Of a stretch of DNA of 64,000 nt, positions 1-11,964 are shown one piece after another. Source of the DNA: Zootoca vivipara (taxonomy: Eukaryota); assembly GCF_963506605.1 (NCBI RefSeq), contig NC_083282.1:39370001-39434000 (forward strand). Reading direction: 5' to 3'. The notes below the pieces were generated by a model that was not told the DNA's origin, did not search any database, and worked only from the letters and a program-made list of their open reading frames with translations. The translations under genes were made by a program, and so were the position numbers. Numbering within the stretch: the first letter of the stretch is position 1; every line of letters begins with the position of its first letter.

Positions 1-830
1 TTTTTAAAAAAAGGTTTCTTAATGAGGCTTGGGCGTAGAAAAGCAATTGTAGGTATTGAGAAGAAAAAAAGGATGTACCATAATCCAAACACCATGAGAA
101 TCTCTTTGAAATCCGAGCTTAAACACCAGGGACTGTACAATTCTGCAGGTTTTTCCTCAGTCTTCTTCGGTCCAGACTATGTCTGTTTATTGTCCAAATC
201 TAATTATTTTATCAAACAGATATTTCCGGCTATGAGAGTGGCTTCGGAGAGTGCCAGCCGTGTCGTGCTCTGGGACCCAGTGTCCTGCCGCTTGCACCTT
301 GATGCAAGCTGACAATCTTGGACAATCTGCAGGTCTACGAGACAGTCCTCCCCCCACCCTGGGGAGTCTGCCAGGGCTAATTAACCCTATATCAGCCCTG
401 AATTACCGGCACGGCTGAGGTCCGATCGTATGGAAGTCAGCCATTTCTTACCACCAGAAACAGGAAGCCATGTTGGGATGCGCTGGCAAATAGACAGTTG
501 GAAAAATACATATTTACAAATAAATTAGTATTAGATGGATGAAAGAATATATGATTTCTGACATGATTGAGAATCACATAGCCAGGGATGGAGAACTTTA
601 AAGCGATAAGATCGGAATGTGGAAAATATGAGAACAACAGAAGAAACCAGGAACAAAGATACTGGAGATATACTTCAAGAGGTCCAGACTATGGGAAAAA
701 TTAATAATTAATAATTTGTACTGTAATTTGGTTTTTTTTAGTTTATTGTTTTTAATTGGATTATGATTATGGATTTGTTAATTGACTGTTTTTATTGGAA
801 AATTAATAAAAATGATTTTAAAAAGGAAAG
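1..830. mobile_element. Probable L1-derived remnants (sense 3' end at about 440-830; possibly an antisense 5' part at 1-440)
   Basis: A-rich decayed coding-like tract, then a T-rich 3'UTR, AATAAA and an A-tail at about 805-830. Assignment is by composition only. Confidence 0.35.
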
Positions 831-974
831 AAATAATTGCCAACCAAGGTCTGAATTTATCAAAGACAAAATTTTGACTTTTCTTTGAAACTGCAGTCAA
901 TATAACATTAGTTGCATTTCATTTCCGTGCTAAAAATGCTCCAGATATTTAGCAGAGCAGAAAAATATGTTCAC

Positions 975-3900
975 CTTGAGGCAAGTTCCAGAAATATCGA
1001 AACAGTTCAGCTTTTTGAAATGAAGCAGATACCTGAGTCCCAAACGGGTGATTCCTGGATTACCTACATAAAATCAAGAACACTGTATTAAATCTAAAAT
1101 TAAGCTAAATTACAAAATAGTTTCAAGTTGCACATAAATGATAAAGCGGATTAAGCAAAAGGACTGTCTGTAGTATAGATACAGTCCAGAATAAATCTGC
1201 ATATACTTTACATGAGTAGGGGTGGTAAAAAGCTAATTGGTTTTTTTCCTGGTAAACACTGCTCTACCTTAATATCTAGATATGGTTTGTTAGTTCCCAG
1301 GGACTGGAAGAAAATAAAAAAATACATAAATGCCTACTATATAAAATAGGTACTAATGGTTAAGTCAATATGGGAAGTCAATGTTAATGATGTAATACAG
1401 GCAGCAACCATTTTGCACTGGGGTTCCTTTCTGGGCCCCCATGCGCATCGGCGGAGCGCATACTGTATAAACTTGCCCCTTTCCACTCTGCCCCCATTCT
1501 GCCTTCTTTCAGGTCCATAATGACCCGCACATTGGTGGTCACATGTCAATTGGATGTGCCTAAAATGGTCACCACCTGTAATAGGGTTATGCAGTTATGC
1601 ACACTTGGATGAAAACCAAGTTCTGATAGTACATAGTAACCTTGCACCCAAAACTCTCCCAAAACAACAGATTCATTGTGTCTAAAGTATTGGCAGAAAA
1701 GATGACTGTCATCTTTCTGGTGTCAAGTGAAAATGCCTTTGGTGGCAATTGGTGGTGATCCTGTGTGAAGGGTGTGGTTATTTTGTGCTGTTTTAATTAC
1801 ATTTTCTTTGAATGAACACTCAATGTTTTATGTTTTGTATTGTTTTGTTGAATTTATGCATTTTGCATTCTGTTACTTTGGGTTTCCTTTTGAAGTGCAA
1901 AGCAATCTATACAAACTAACCCTTCCACAGCCATATACAGCTCAGCCTTTCTAAGCTCTACATCAGCGTTTCTCAACCGCTGTTCCGCGGCACACTAGTG
2001 TGCCGCGAGACGCTGGCTGGTGTGCCGCGACGTGCGGCGACAAGAAGGGTGATTTACATTGTCACGTGCCTGGCGGCCGCCAATATTCAACAAGCAATAT
2101 TTCTCCTCCTCTTTCCCAAAGCTCAGTGCAAATGACTGGAGGGTGGTTTTAGAGTCTAGGGAGGCCCCCTAGGGAGGCGCGCTCCAGATCCGCCGCTGGC
2201 CCCCCTTAAGCCGCATCGAGGTTGCTCCGCCTCCCCTGCCTCCTTCGCCCGTCCTTCGCCATGGCTGCGCGGCGGACGCTGGGCTTCGCGGTCCGGAATT
2301 ACTCGCAAGCAGCAGCCAAGGTAACCTTTCGCCTTTGAGCCGCCCCGCAGCTCCCCTGGAAGTGCGCACGCCCTTGTAATCCGGGGGCAGGCAGAGCCTT
2401 GCCTGGACTGTACCACTTCGGGCCGCGGGAGAGGAGAATTGGGGGTCTGAAGGCTTCTCCCCTCCCATGGGACGGCAGGAGGGGGATTAATTTCCTCCTT
2501 CCTATAGTCAATATAGGGCGGCACAGAGTTAAATTTTTTAACTTTTTTAATGGTGGTGTGCCTCGTGATTTTTTTCATGGAACAAGTGTGCCGTGGCCCA
2601 AAAAAGGTTGAGAAACACTGCTCTACATGACAGTTTCCATATTAAACTGTACAATAGAAAATTGGCTATTTCTGTTGCAGAATACACAGCACATTTTGAC
2701 CATCACTTGTGTAAACTGGACAACAGCTGGTTTTAATCAACAATATTGAACAGCAGCTATTCCGGTTTCTATCTCTCTCTTGTAATGGGTACTCAATAGT
2801 GATTAATTTTTATTTATTAAATTCTTCTGATATTGGCAAGGATGAATGCTGGATTATAATGCATATATCCTGTTTCCAACCTGAAGCTATACTTACAAGA
2901 CAAATCCAATACTGAGAGATTTTCAAGGCCCCTTTTCATCACTCGGACAGGCGCTGTCATTTTGCGAATACCAGCATCTGACAAGCAGTTATCTTTCAGG
3001 AGAAGCCGAGTTAAACTGAGATAAATGTAAAAGCTACAATTATACATTTATTTATTTAATAAATTTTTTATATTGTTTGATTTTTTTTCTTAAAAAACAA
3101 ACAAACCCTCAGAAGCTCTTGGTAAGTAGATGGAAGTTTTGCAAAGCCAAAAGGAAAGTTCTAAAAATAAGCCAGCTGTGTGATAGACAATGAGTAAAAT
3201 TTGCTGAGTTTCAGACTTTCTGCATTTAAGATTAAGACTGATTAATATTGCTACAGTTCTTTGAACAAGAAACCAAATGTTCACTTCCTCTGCAGCAAAC
3301 TGGTACCTAGATAGTGTCTTGTTGGTGATATGGTCTAGCAGCTCATGCTCATCTCCAAGTTTACAGAAGGACAAATCCAAGCATGTCAGATCCCGGAAAG
3401 ATTTAATTTCTTCAAGCTTTTCAGAAATAACTAGGTAACTGTAAAAGAGTAAACACAACAGTAAGATTCTGCACCCTTGTCCAGTTTCTTTCATTCCCAT
3501 AGATTTAGCACCACCAACCATCTCTGTAAATGGGGGAAATGTCTATGAGATTAGTTTAGTCCAGTTTAATATAATATAAAATAATATAATATGCAGTGGT
3601 ACCTCGGTTTAAGTACACAATTGGTTCTGGAAGTCTGCACTTAACCTGAAGCGTACTTAACCTGAAGTGAACTTTCCCATTGAAAGTAATGGAAAGTGGA
3701 TTAATCCGTTCCAGACGGGTCCGCGGAGTACTTAAACTGAAAGTACTCAAACCGAAGCGTACTTAAACCGAGGTATGACTGTATTACAAAGCAACCAAGA
3801 ATCTCCTCAATGCCTTGATCCAATATTCTGTTTCTGACTTTGCTCTATTCTACAGCAAACCTGGGGTGAGGAACCTTTATCAGCACAATTCCTGGTGGGC

Positions 3901-5499
3901 AGCCTCCCAAGAATGGGTGAGCCAGAGGCAAAACTGGGCAGAGCCACCAGTATGGATTTTGCCTTTGTACCAGTAGGCTAGTTTCTACACATGCTCACAC
4001 ATCCCTTTCTATCCTCCATCCAAGCAAGCAAGAAACATCATCAGAAATCAGGGACACACTCCACTCAAGCAAAAAATATCTGAGGGGAGTGCAAAGCAGA
4101 ACTGGTGAGGGAGGTGACCTGGGGAGGGGGGCAGACAGGAAGAGTGCGTTTGGCCCCCAAGCATAAGGCTCCCTGCCCCTATGCTAAATAATCAGCTGTG
4201 AGAAAGCCCGATACGAGAAACAGTAACAGTCCTAGTAAGCCATATACTGTATACAGGCTTCCTCAAACTTGGCCCTCCAGATGTTCTGAGACTACAATTC
4301 CCATCATCCCTGACCACAGGTCCTACAAGCTAGGGATCGTGGGAGTTGTAGGCCAAAAACATCTGGAGGGCTGAGTTTGAGTAAGTCTGCATATATATAT
4401 ATAACAGAAACTTGTAAAAGAGCATCTCTCCTAGGAAGAATATATTTGGTGCAGATAAGACTATGAAGAAGAAGCCAGTATTTATTCCTAGATTTGCTGT
4501 GAATAGTACAAAGAACCACACTAATAATCTGAGCCAAAATTTAGTTGTTTTGAAGCAATGTTCAATAAAGCTTATTTTCAACTAATTGCACTTAGGATTT
4601 TAAATGTAAAAGGGTTTACATTTAAAGGCCAATACCGAATCTTATTTGTAAGGTGTAAAGCAATGCTATTGTTCCATCCATGTGGAATGCTTTATTTGAG
4701 TGGATGTGGTAACCGAGTAATTTCGTTGTTCCTGCAAGGGGACAATGACAATAAAGATTATCTTATCATTACTCCATACAGAAAAAGGTAAAACTGCCAA
4801 AACAATAAAAAAGATAAAATAAAGCTTTTAGTTGGATGCCTTTCCAAAATGGTTTATGCTCCAAATTCAAATGCTTTGAAGCACTAGGAACAGCCAGAAC
4901 AGGCCACTCAACACTATTCTAGCTTATTCCCTTTGTATCCTTTTAATTTAGCTCTAGGTGGTGTGATTTGCTTCTTTATTGAGGACTCCCTTAATGGGGG
5001 TGCAAATGTAGTACTATAAACAAGTTATGTATGCTTACCCATTTTTCAAGCATAGAGACTGAAGCACTAAACTTCCATAAGCATCAATAAATTTTTGCAA
5101 AGCACAGAGTCCTGTTCTTGGTTCTGTAAATTTCTGTCTAGCATCTGCTGCATAGAAAAGCTTTTCGGCTATCTGTTCTGGAAAGTCAACCAGTGAGTCA
5201 ACATGATGAATGTTGTCAGCAATGTAACTCAGAACTAGGCTGAAGAGAGATTTAGCAGAATAGCGAAGATTTCCCTTCTTTGTGTAAGTGAAGATGAAGT
5301 GATCCGTCCTTCCATTGTCATTTTCCCTATTCACATAGAGCTCAACAGAAAATCCTTTGGAGAAGAGTCTTGAAGGCCTTGGCTTTGGATCACTGTTGTT
5401 TATTCCTGGTGCTTCATTTGCCTTATATAACTGTCCATTTTCCCGAACATATACAGATCCTCTATCTGGAAAGTTTTCTGCATAGAGATAGCATGACAT
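975..5499 (-). CDS. LRRC42: Leucine-rich repeat-containing protein 42, first four coding exons (3' part continues off-window to the left)
   Basis: Coding exons 5499-5039 (ATG 5499-5497; MSCYLYAENFPDRGSVYVRENGQL...SAKSLFSLVL...), 3438-3307 (YLVISEKLEEIKSFRDLTCLDLSFCKLGDEHELL), 3015-2897 (LLLKDNCLSDAGIRKMTAPVRVMKRGLENLSVLDLS) and 1063-975 (CNPGITRLGLRYLLHFKKLNCFDISGTCLK). All are GT-AG with compatible phases. Peptides match vertebrate LRRC42 from memory, and the gene is head-to-head with HSPB11 as in human. Confidence 0.95.
1964..2620. mobile_element. Non-autonomous hAT (Charlie-like) element with a GC-rich interior
   Basis: TIRs CAGCGTTTCTCAACC / GGTTGAGAAACACTG and perfect 8-bp TSD CTCTACAT. 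Confidence 0.9.
3594..3781. mobile_element. Tc1/mariner (Tigger/pogo-like) MITE
   Basis: TIRs CAGTGGTACCTCGGTTTAAGTAC / GTACTTAAACCGAGGTATGACTG|TA. A second copy lies at 43537-43710. Confidence 0.82.
4254..4390. mobile_element. Palindromic hAT MITE, same family (older copies also at about 16515-16650 and 50330-50460)
   Basis: CAGGCTTCCTCAAACTTGGCCCTCCAGATG...ACTACAATTCCCATCATCCC...CATCTGGAGGGCTGAGTTTGAG. Confidence 0.8.
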
Positions 5500-7379
5500 T
5501 CCTCTTTAAAGTTTCTGAGAGAGGAAAGAAACAAGGTAAAGCATAAAGCAAAGCAAAAAGGGATTTAATCTGGGAAATGTCTCTGTGTGTGATTTCTACA
5601 GGGTCACAAATATGCTAGAGTTTACACTTTTTAAAAACAAAACAAAACAAACAACAAACAAACAAACAGAAAACAAGTTCTCAATGGTTGATATGGATAA
5701 GCAAAGTGGATACTTGAGACAGAATTCCATTTCTTGGGGGGGATATATAGGAAGAGATGAAAAAGCCATTGTTTCAAAGTGGCCAGGCATTCTTTCCTCA
5801 CTCCTTAGTTGCACAGAATTTTGAGTTGCATCCTCCAAAATAGAGACAGGATTGTATCTATGAGCAAAGAATGAAATCAACCACCACCCCTAGCCAGTTT
5901 AAAGGCTACAATCCAACAAATCTTGAGCTTGAGGAAGTCACACCCAGGATCACTACTACCCACATTATGCGCTGAGAATGCCTTCCAAACATTCTGGATA
6001 ATGTATTTTTATCCTACTGGTATCCCCATCAACGGAGCCCAAGGCCACAAACGGCAAAGTAACAAAACAGCACAAGTAAAAACAAAATCAAAACATTTAA
6101 AAACCAAGAACATCTAAAAGCACACCCACCCACCCGCCTTAGTGTGTGTGAGTGCAAGGGTGATGCAATATATTCTTTTAAGTTAAAAAGCTCCCTGCAC
6201 TTCAGATAACTGGGGAGAGGGCACTAAATCCTTTCTTTCAGTTCTATTACACGCGATGAGTTTTTGTTTGGGGTGCGGGGGAGGGGGCCATTCAAATACA
6301 TGACAGAGACTTCCCCCGCCTCGTCCTGCACGTCTGAATGCAGAATGCCCACAACTCCACTCCGCAAACTCGCAGACCGTTTCGTGACCATAGACATAAT
6401 AAAGACAAACTACCGAAGCGCCGGGGGGTGGGGGGAGAATCTGCGCCACTGAAGCCTCAGTCCTCCAGGCTAGCGGGCAATATGCACCTTGGGAGCCTCG
6501 GGGGCTTTCGGAGACGAGGCAACACCTGCGCGGCTTCCCTTGTCTGCAGGCGCAGAGCCCGAAGGAGTCTCGGAAGCAACACGCCCGAAGTCCACAAATA
6601 TAGGAAGAAGGCGAGAGTCATTTGCTCTCTCATTTGCTGCGTGATTTTGGGTCTCGTCTCCTATTATTTTGTATGGTCGGGCTGCAATCCTACCTTACCT
6701 GGCATCAAGGCCACTGAGGTCGGGGGGGGGGGCTCACATCTAAGTAGACATATGTATAGGATTGCAGAGTTAGAGAGGCAAAAAGCTCGGTGCTATTGCA
6801 CGAAAACTGCACGAGGGGAGGCTTTAGAAAGGGCTGGCGCATTTAACTTGTAACTTGAGCTGGTTTGGCTGCACACTCAAGCCAGTTCAAGTTTCTGACT
6901 GCGAGGTGTGCGTGTGATAGACCGCTGTCACAGCCCTACGTCTGCAAGTTGCAATACAGAGATAATGGTAGGATTCAGACTACACGAGTCCCTCTTAACA
7001 GCCCGATCTTATGCACGGCGACTTAGAAGTAAAGCCTCGATGAACTCAGCGGGACTTACTGCAGCAATGGACGTGCCCAGGATTTGCTCTCAGCAGGTAA
7101 GGGTGCCTAGGAGTGCAGCCTCCGCTGAAATCAGTGGCGCTTCAGTTAGTCGCCGTGGCTAACTTTAGACACTGATTTCAACGCAAGGATGGCTGCAATC
7201 CTAAACCCACTTACCTGGGGAGCAAGGACCATTGGATTCCCTAGGACTTACTGCCGCATAGGCACCATTAGGATTGCGTCTGGATCCAAACCAACAACTT
7301 CGAACTGTTGTCTGCCATTTGTAGCATACAATTTTCAGATGCTTCTCTGGTGGTGGTGGTGGGGGAGTCGCATTTTACA

Positions 7380-7720
7380 CGAGAGCTGTCGCCCGAGTCA
7401 AGAGAAAACACGTGCTCCACCAGTATTTGCTTATATACCTTTTGAGGTGCCGGGGTGCTCGCTGCTGCTGCTGCCGTTTCGGCCTCCCAGGTAGGGATTT
7501 CTATTTCCTATTTCCTAGGATCACCCATCCGTTTTGCCGCGGAGACGAGAGAAAACATGGCGACAAAAACAACCAGGAAGCAGCGGAGGTACGGTAGAAA
7601 TGGCCGGTCACGCCTCTTCCTGGGTTTTCCCTTAGAGTCGGGATGGGCTGCTAGGCAACCGGGCAACGTTTCTCCGTAGATGCAAGAGGCCTTCCCGAGT
7701 GTGGAGAAAACATGAAATTC
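7380..7720. promoter_or_regulatory. Bidirectional CpG-rich promoter of LRRC42/IFT25 with an RFX X-box-like site and a YY1-like site
   Basis: CpG-rich stretch between divergent genes. GCTGCTAGGCAAC at 7647-7659 is followed by a CGGGCAAC half-site at 7660-7667. AACATGGCG lies at about 7554-7562. Confidence 0.7.
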
Positions 7721-10700
7721 ACGGACTACTGCCTTAGTTCCGAAGGAACCGATGTGATTCAAGCAACATCAAGTGATGAAAAATACCCGCCAGAAAATAT
7801 CACTGATGGGTAAGATCTTGATCCTGATGAAGTAGCAGGCTCTCGCCTCGTAGCGCCCGAAATACGAACACGTTTGCTATTACAGTATATATCATGAGCT
7901 TTCGTGGACTAAAGTTAACTTTTTGGTATATATATAAAAGGTTTGCTTTCATATTAAGGAATGGTTTTTACATCCTCTCCTCGCATAATTATTTCCTTTG
8001 GGTTGGACGTAAAACCCATCCATTTGGTTTCCGAAATGCTTTTAAATATGAACTTGAGCGTCATGGAAGAATATAGTATTTGTAGCTAGTGGTTTTTTTC
8101 ACCTAAAAAATGTTTAGGGGTACTCTCATTTTCCTACTCATATTGAAATACTGCCCCTCAATGAGGCCAAACTTAGATTCACAAAATGTTTAGGGCTATG
8201 CGTACTCCTGTGCCCCCCCCCCAAGAAAAAAAAACACTATTTGTAGCATTTGTGTCACACATTCAAATAACATAAGGCTGGCATACTGTAAAGGCTGAAA
8301 GAATTAGAGTCTTAACTTGCTCATGGATTTGTCACTTTTTAGAAAATATCATCCCTTAGCTGGGCGTGAGAGACTAGGTCATTTGAAGGCTGGATTTTTT
8401 AAAAAAATTATTAACGGTTAAATATAAATTATTTTTCTACTGTGATGAATTTGAACTCTATGGTTTAATGAAGGTAAGGTCAGAAGTGAATCTTTTGACA
8501 AGCCATGTATCTACAGTACTCAATAGTAAGTCCGATTGGGTACAATGAATGTTATTTTAATGACAGATCAAATATATTAGCTTGTCATTATGACATATAA
8601 AAACACTTCATATTAAGTTGTACCTTGTCTCAAAAAGTGTAACATCTATAATCCTATTCTGGTACCATGTAAAATATAATATGATTCCCCCCCACCTCCA
8701 CCCCTATCATTTAAGGTCCTTGATATCACTGTTTAGGAACCTTCCATAGAATATCATGGAAGAATTCTAAATATATGGTGAAAACAGTAATACAGTTAAT
8801 GCTAACGTTTACTATGTTAAAATGCAACATTGGTATTGGAATATTGGATATCTTTATTATTGTAAATTGAATAAAATTTCTCTGTTACAGACATATCTGC
8901 AATATATTTCTAACATTTTGCATTCATACGGGATATTTCACTCTCTCTTAACAGAAAATCTGAAACCTTTTGGACAACAACTGGGATGTTTCCACAGGCA
9001 TTTATTATTTGTTTTCATAAATGTGTAACCATTAGCAAACTCACAATCCAGTGTTATTGTGGTAAGTTGATGTTATACAGCTAGGTTTTCATTTCTGAAT
9101 TAGCATCTTTCTCTGCAAAAATATGTTTTCTTTTTGCTTTAGGGTGCAATCCAAGCCCTCCCTCCTGCTGGTGGGCTTTTGTGTAGCAGTGGATCTGTAT
9201 TCCTGCTTCTTGTGGCCATAGCCCCACAAGATGGTGGGGAGAGGCAGATGAGACCCAAATTAGACTAGATCACTGTGCCAGCTCCAGGTCCCAGTGCTGT
9301 TGCGTGACATCAATGATTCTGGCTTCGGATCCATAAGATTTTGGGCTGATTTAGCCCTGCCCCAGCCCACCATTGGAGGCCCTGTTTCAGTGCCCTCCAC
9401 TGGCTACTGTGAGTAGGCAGCTCAGCTCACCACCCGTCCACCCATTTTGGGGGTGCGTGGGGAGTGGGAAATTGGTTCTGACAGCAGCCCTATTTGGCAA
9501 CTGGCGGGGGCACGCACAACTAGGAGAGCTGAGGAACACTGATCAGTGAGGTTTTGTATAGGGTTCTGCACTTGTGGTTCTATATAGGTTAGAGCAGCTG
9601 TGCAGGAAACACTGTGTGAATGTGGGTGTGTATGAAAATACAATGGATAAAATACAACCACTTGTGGGTGTTTTTTTTCACATGGAGAGAGGATTCAACT
9701 GATTACAAGGTTATAGATACTTCCCAAATGCAACTCAGCCTAGAGATTTTCTGTTTTTTTAACAGTTCTAGGTGGCGCTGTGGGTTAAACCACAGAGCCT
9801 AGGACTTGCTGATCAGAAGGTCAGCAGTTCGAATCCCTGCAACGGGGTGAGCTCCCGTTGCTTGGTCCCTACTCCTGCCAACCTAGCAGTTCAAAAGCAC
9901 GTCAAAGTGCAAGTAGATAAATAGGGACCGCTCCGGCGGGAAGGTAAACAGCGTTTCCGTGTGCTGCTCTGGTTCGCCAGAAGCGGCTTTGTCATGCTGG
10001 CCACATGACCTGGAAGCTGTACGCTGGCTCCCTCAGCCAATAACACGAGATGAGTGCCGCAACCCCAGAGTCAGTCACGACTGGACCTAATGGTCAGGGG
10101 TCCCTTTACCTTTATATCTGATACTCTCTGTGAATTTGTCATAATTAATGAAATCTTAGACATGATTGAACATTAATATGCTAATGTAAAGGCTAAGTAC
10201 TACTATGTTGATGAATTTTGTGTGAAACTAGGCAGACTTAACCTAGGATTTCTTTTCTTAATACTGTCCTTAGTGCAGACATTACGGATTGAAAAAAGCA
10301 TATCTAAAGATCCAGTTGATTTTGAAGAATGCATTGAAAAAGGTAATTCTTTACTTGATGTAACAGTTCTAATTAGGTGGATGATTGCAGTTTGATGTAC
10401 AAATCAGTTAAGGCTGCAATTCTCTCTGACTTATTAGAAGGAAGTCCTATTGAACTCATTTGGAATAAGTGTGCATATAGGATGCAGGACTAGGATCAAA
10501 GCAGACTTCTGTGATATCTACCGGTAAGGAACCAATGGCTGGCTCTCCACAACTTTCAGATGCTGACTTGTTGCAGTTGCCTGCTTATCATTTGTGTTGT
10601 GCCATTCATTTAGTGCTTTTTATATTACCACATCTTATAGGGTTGTTGGTTGCTATGGTTATTCAGATATTGTATATGAAGCACTTGGAGCACTTAGCAA

Positions 10701-11964
10701 AAGTGCTGTATAAATATCTGTTACTATTTGGAACCCAGATGGTAATTTCTTACCTTCCATGACAATATTTTTCTGGAAAGCTATTAAATGTTTCTTTTGT
10801 CTATGTGTGCAATTGGTCTAAGAGTAAACTATTTTTAAGTGGCTTAAATTGTGGCCCTAATGAAGCTTGTGACATACCATCTATGGAGTGTGTTAACTTT
10901 ATTGGAGTTAATTTAGCTCTTTACTAGGATTATGAGTTTTTACACTCCAGTGAATTTTCAGATCCAGAATCCAGACATCATGTTACATATTAAGGTGCTG
11001 CTTGTTTGTTTTATGTTCAGAGCTGCAACATAAAGAAGGAGAACTTCAAACAGAAGAATTTTCTGTAAGTATATGCCATCTAGCATCTAGAATTTTTGGG
11101 GAAATCTTGAGTTAGCAAGGTAATGTGGATGTTAGTAGGAGCTTGATAAAATCTGAAACAATGTTTTCATATTCCTACTATTATATATATAAATGCCTAT
11201 GTTACAGTTAACTGCTAAAACATAGAGGCCTTTGACAGTCCCATATCTGGACCAAAGTACTTTACACTTTTGAGTGATGACAGTTACCATTAGGGATTAT
11301 GAATACTGACCGGTTTCTGTATTTTTGGACATTTGCAGTGTAATCCTAAACATGTTTGCTAAGAAGTAAGCCCCATTAAGCTCAATGGAGCTTACACATC
11401 AGTAAATGTATTTAGGATTGCATCCCCTGTAATGTGCAGGATTGTCAATATTCATAATTTTTTACATTAACTGTATTATATGTGTATGTGTGTGAAAAGG
11501 AATTGTCATCAGCTCACTCCTGTAACCTGAGTGTAATTTTGGGAGTTTTATACTACGTCTTTAGTATAGCAAGATTTAGATTCGGATTCTTTCTAGCATA
11601 CAATGTTTTATTTTTCAATTAACTAAGTATTACCGTGCTGAGTATCGAACAACTACAGAATACATTTCATCTAAAACTAACTGATTTCGAGTCTCATTGA
11701 TTTCAGTTTTCGTAAATTAAAAAAACTCTTAAATCTCTCACATTGAAATTATTGGCATTGAAAAATGCATCACTTGCAATGAATTGTGCCCATAGTTCTA
11801 TAACTATTGATGTTGTTATTATTATTATTATTTCTTTTTGGCAGTTTCCTGAGATCCAAGCGACATACTTGCGATTCATTATTTTGTCTGGCTTTGATGC
11901 TTTTGTGTCAGTTCATAGGGTGATAGCAGAAGGATTAACACAAGATAGTGAAAACCAAACTTAA
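7712..11964 (+). CDS. IFT25: Intraflagellar transport protein 25 homolog (HSPB11/IFT25), complete, 5 coding exons, 145 aa
   Basis: Exons 7712-7809, 8955-9061, 10274-10342, 11021-11064 and 11845-11964 total 438 nt, GT-AG and in frame: MKFTDYCLSSEGTDVIQATSSDEKYPPENITDGKSETFWTTTGMFPQAFIICFHK...ATYLRFIILSGFDAFVSVHRVIAEG...*. Matches HSPB11/IFT25. Confidence 0.96.
8087..8239. mobile_element. hAT-type MITE
   Basis: TIRs TAGTGGTTTTTTTC / GAAAAAAAAACACTA and 8-bp TSD TTTGTAGC. Confidence 0.8.
9770..10114 (+). mobile_element. Sauria SINE
   Basis: GGTGGCGCTGTGGGTTAAACC...GTTCGAATCCC (tRNA-like box B)...CAGGGGTCCCTTTACCTTTA tail. Confidence 0.88.

Noticed and set aside
1-830. Twin-primed (5'-inverted) L1 insertion
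   Set aside because: The layout is suggestive, but the left end is off-window and I cannot confirm L1 identity of 1-440 by eye.
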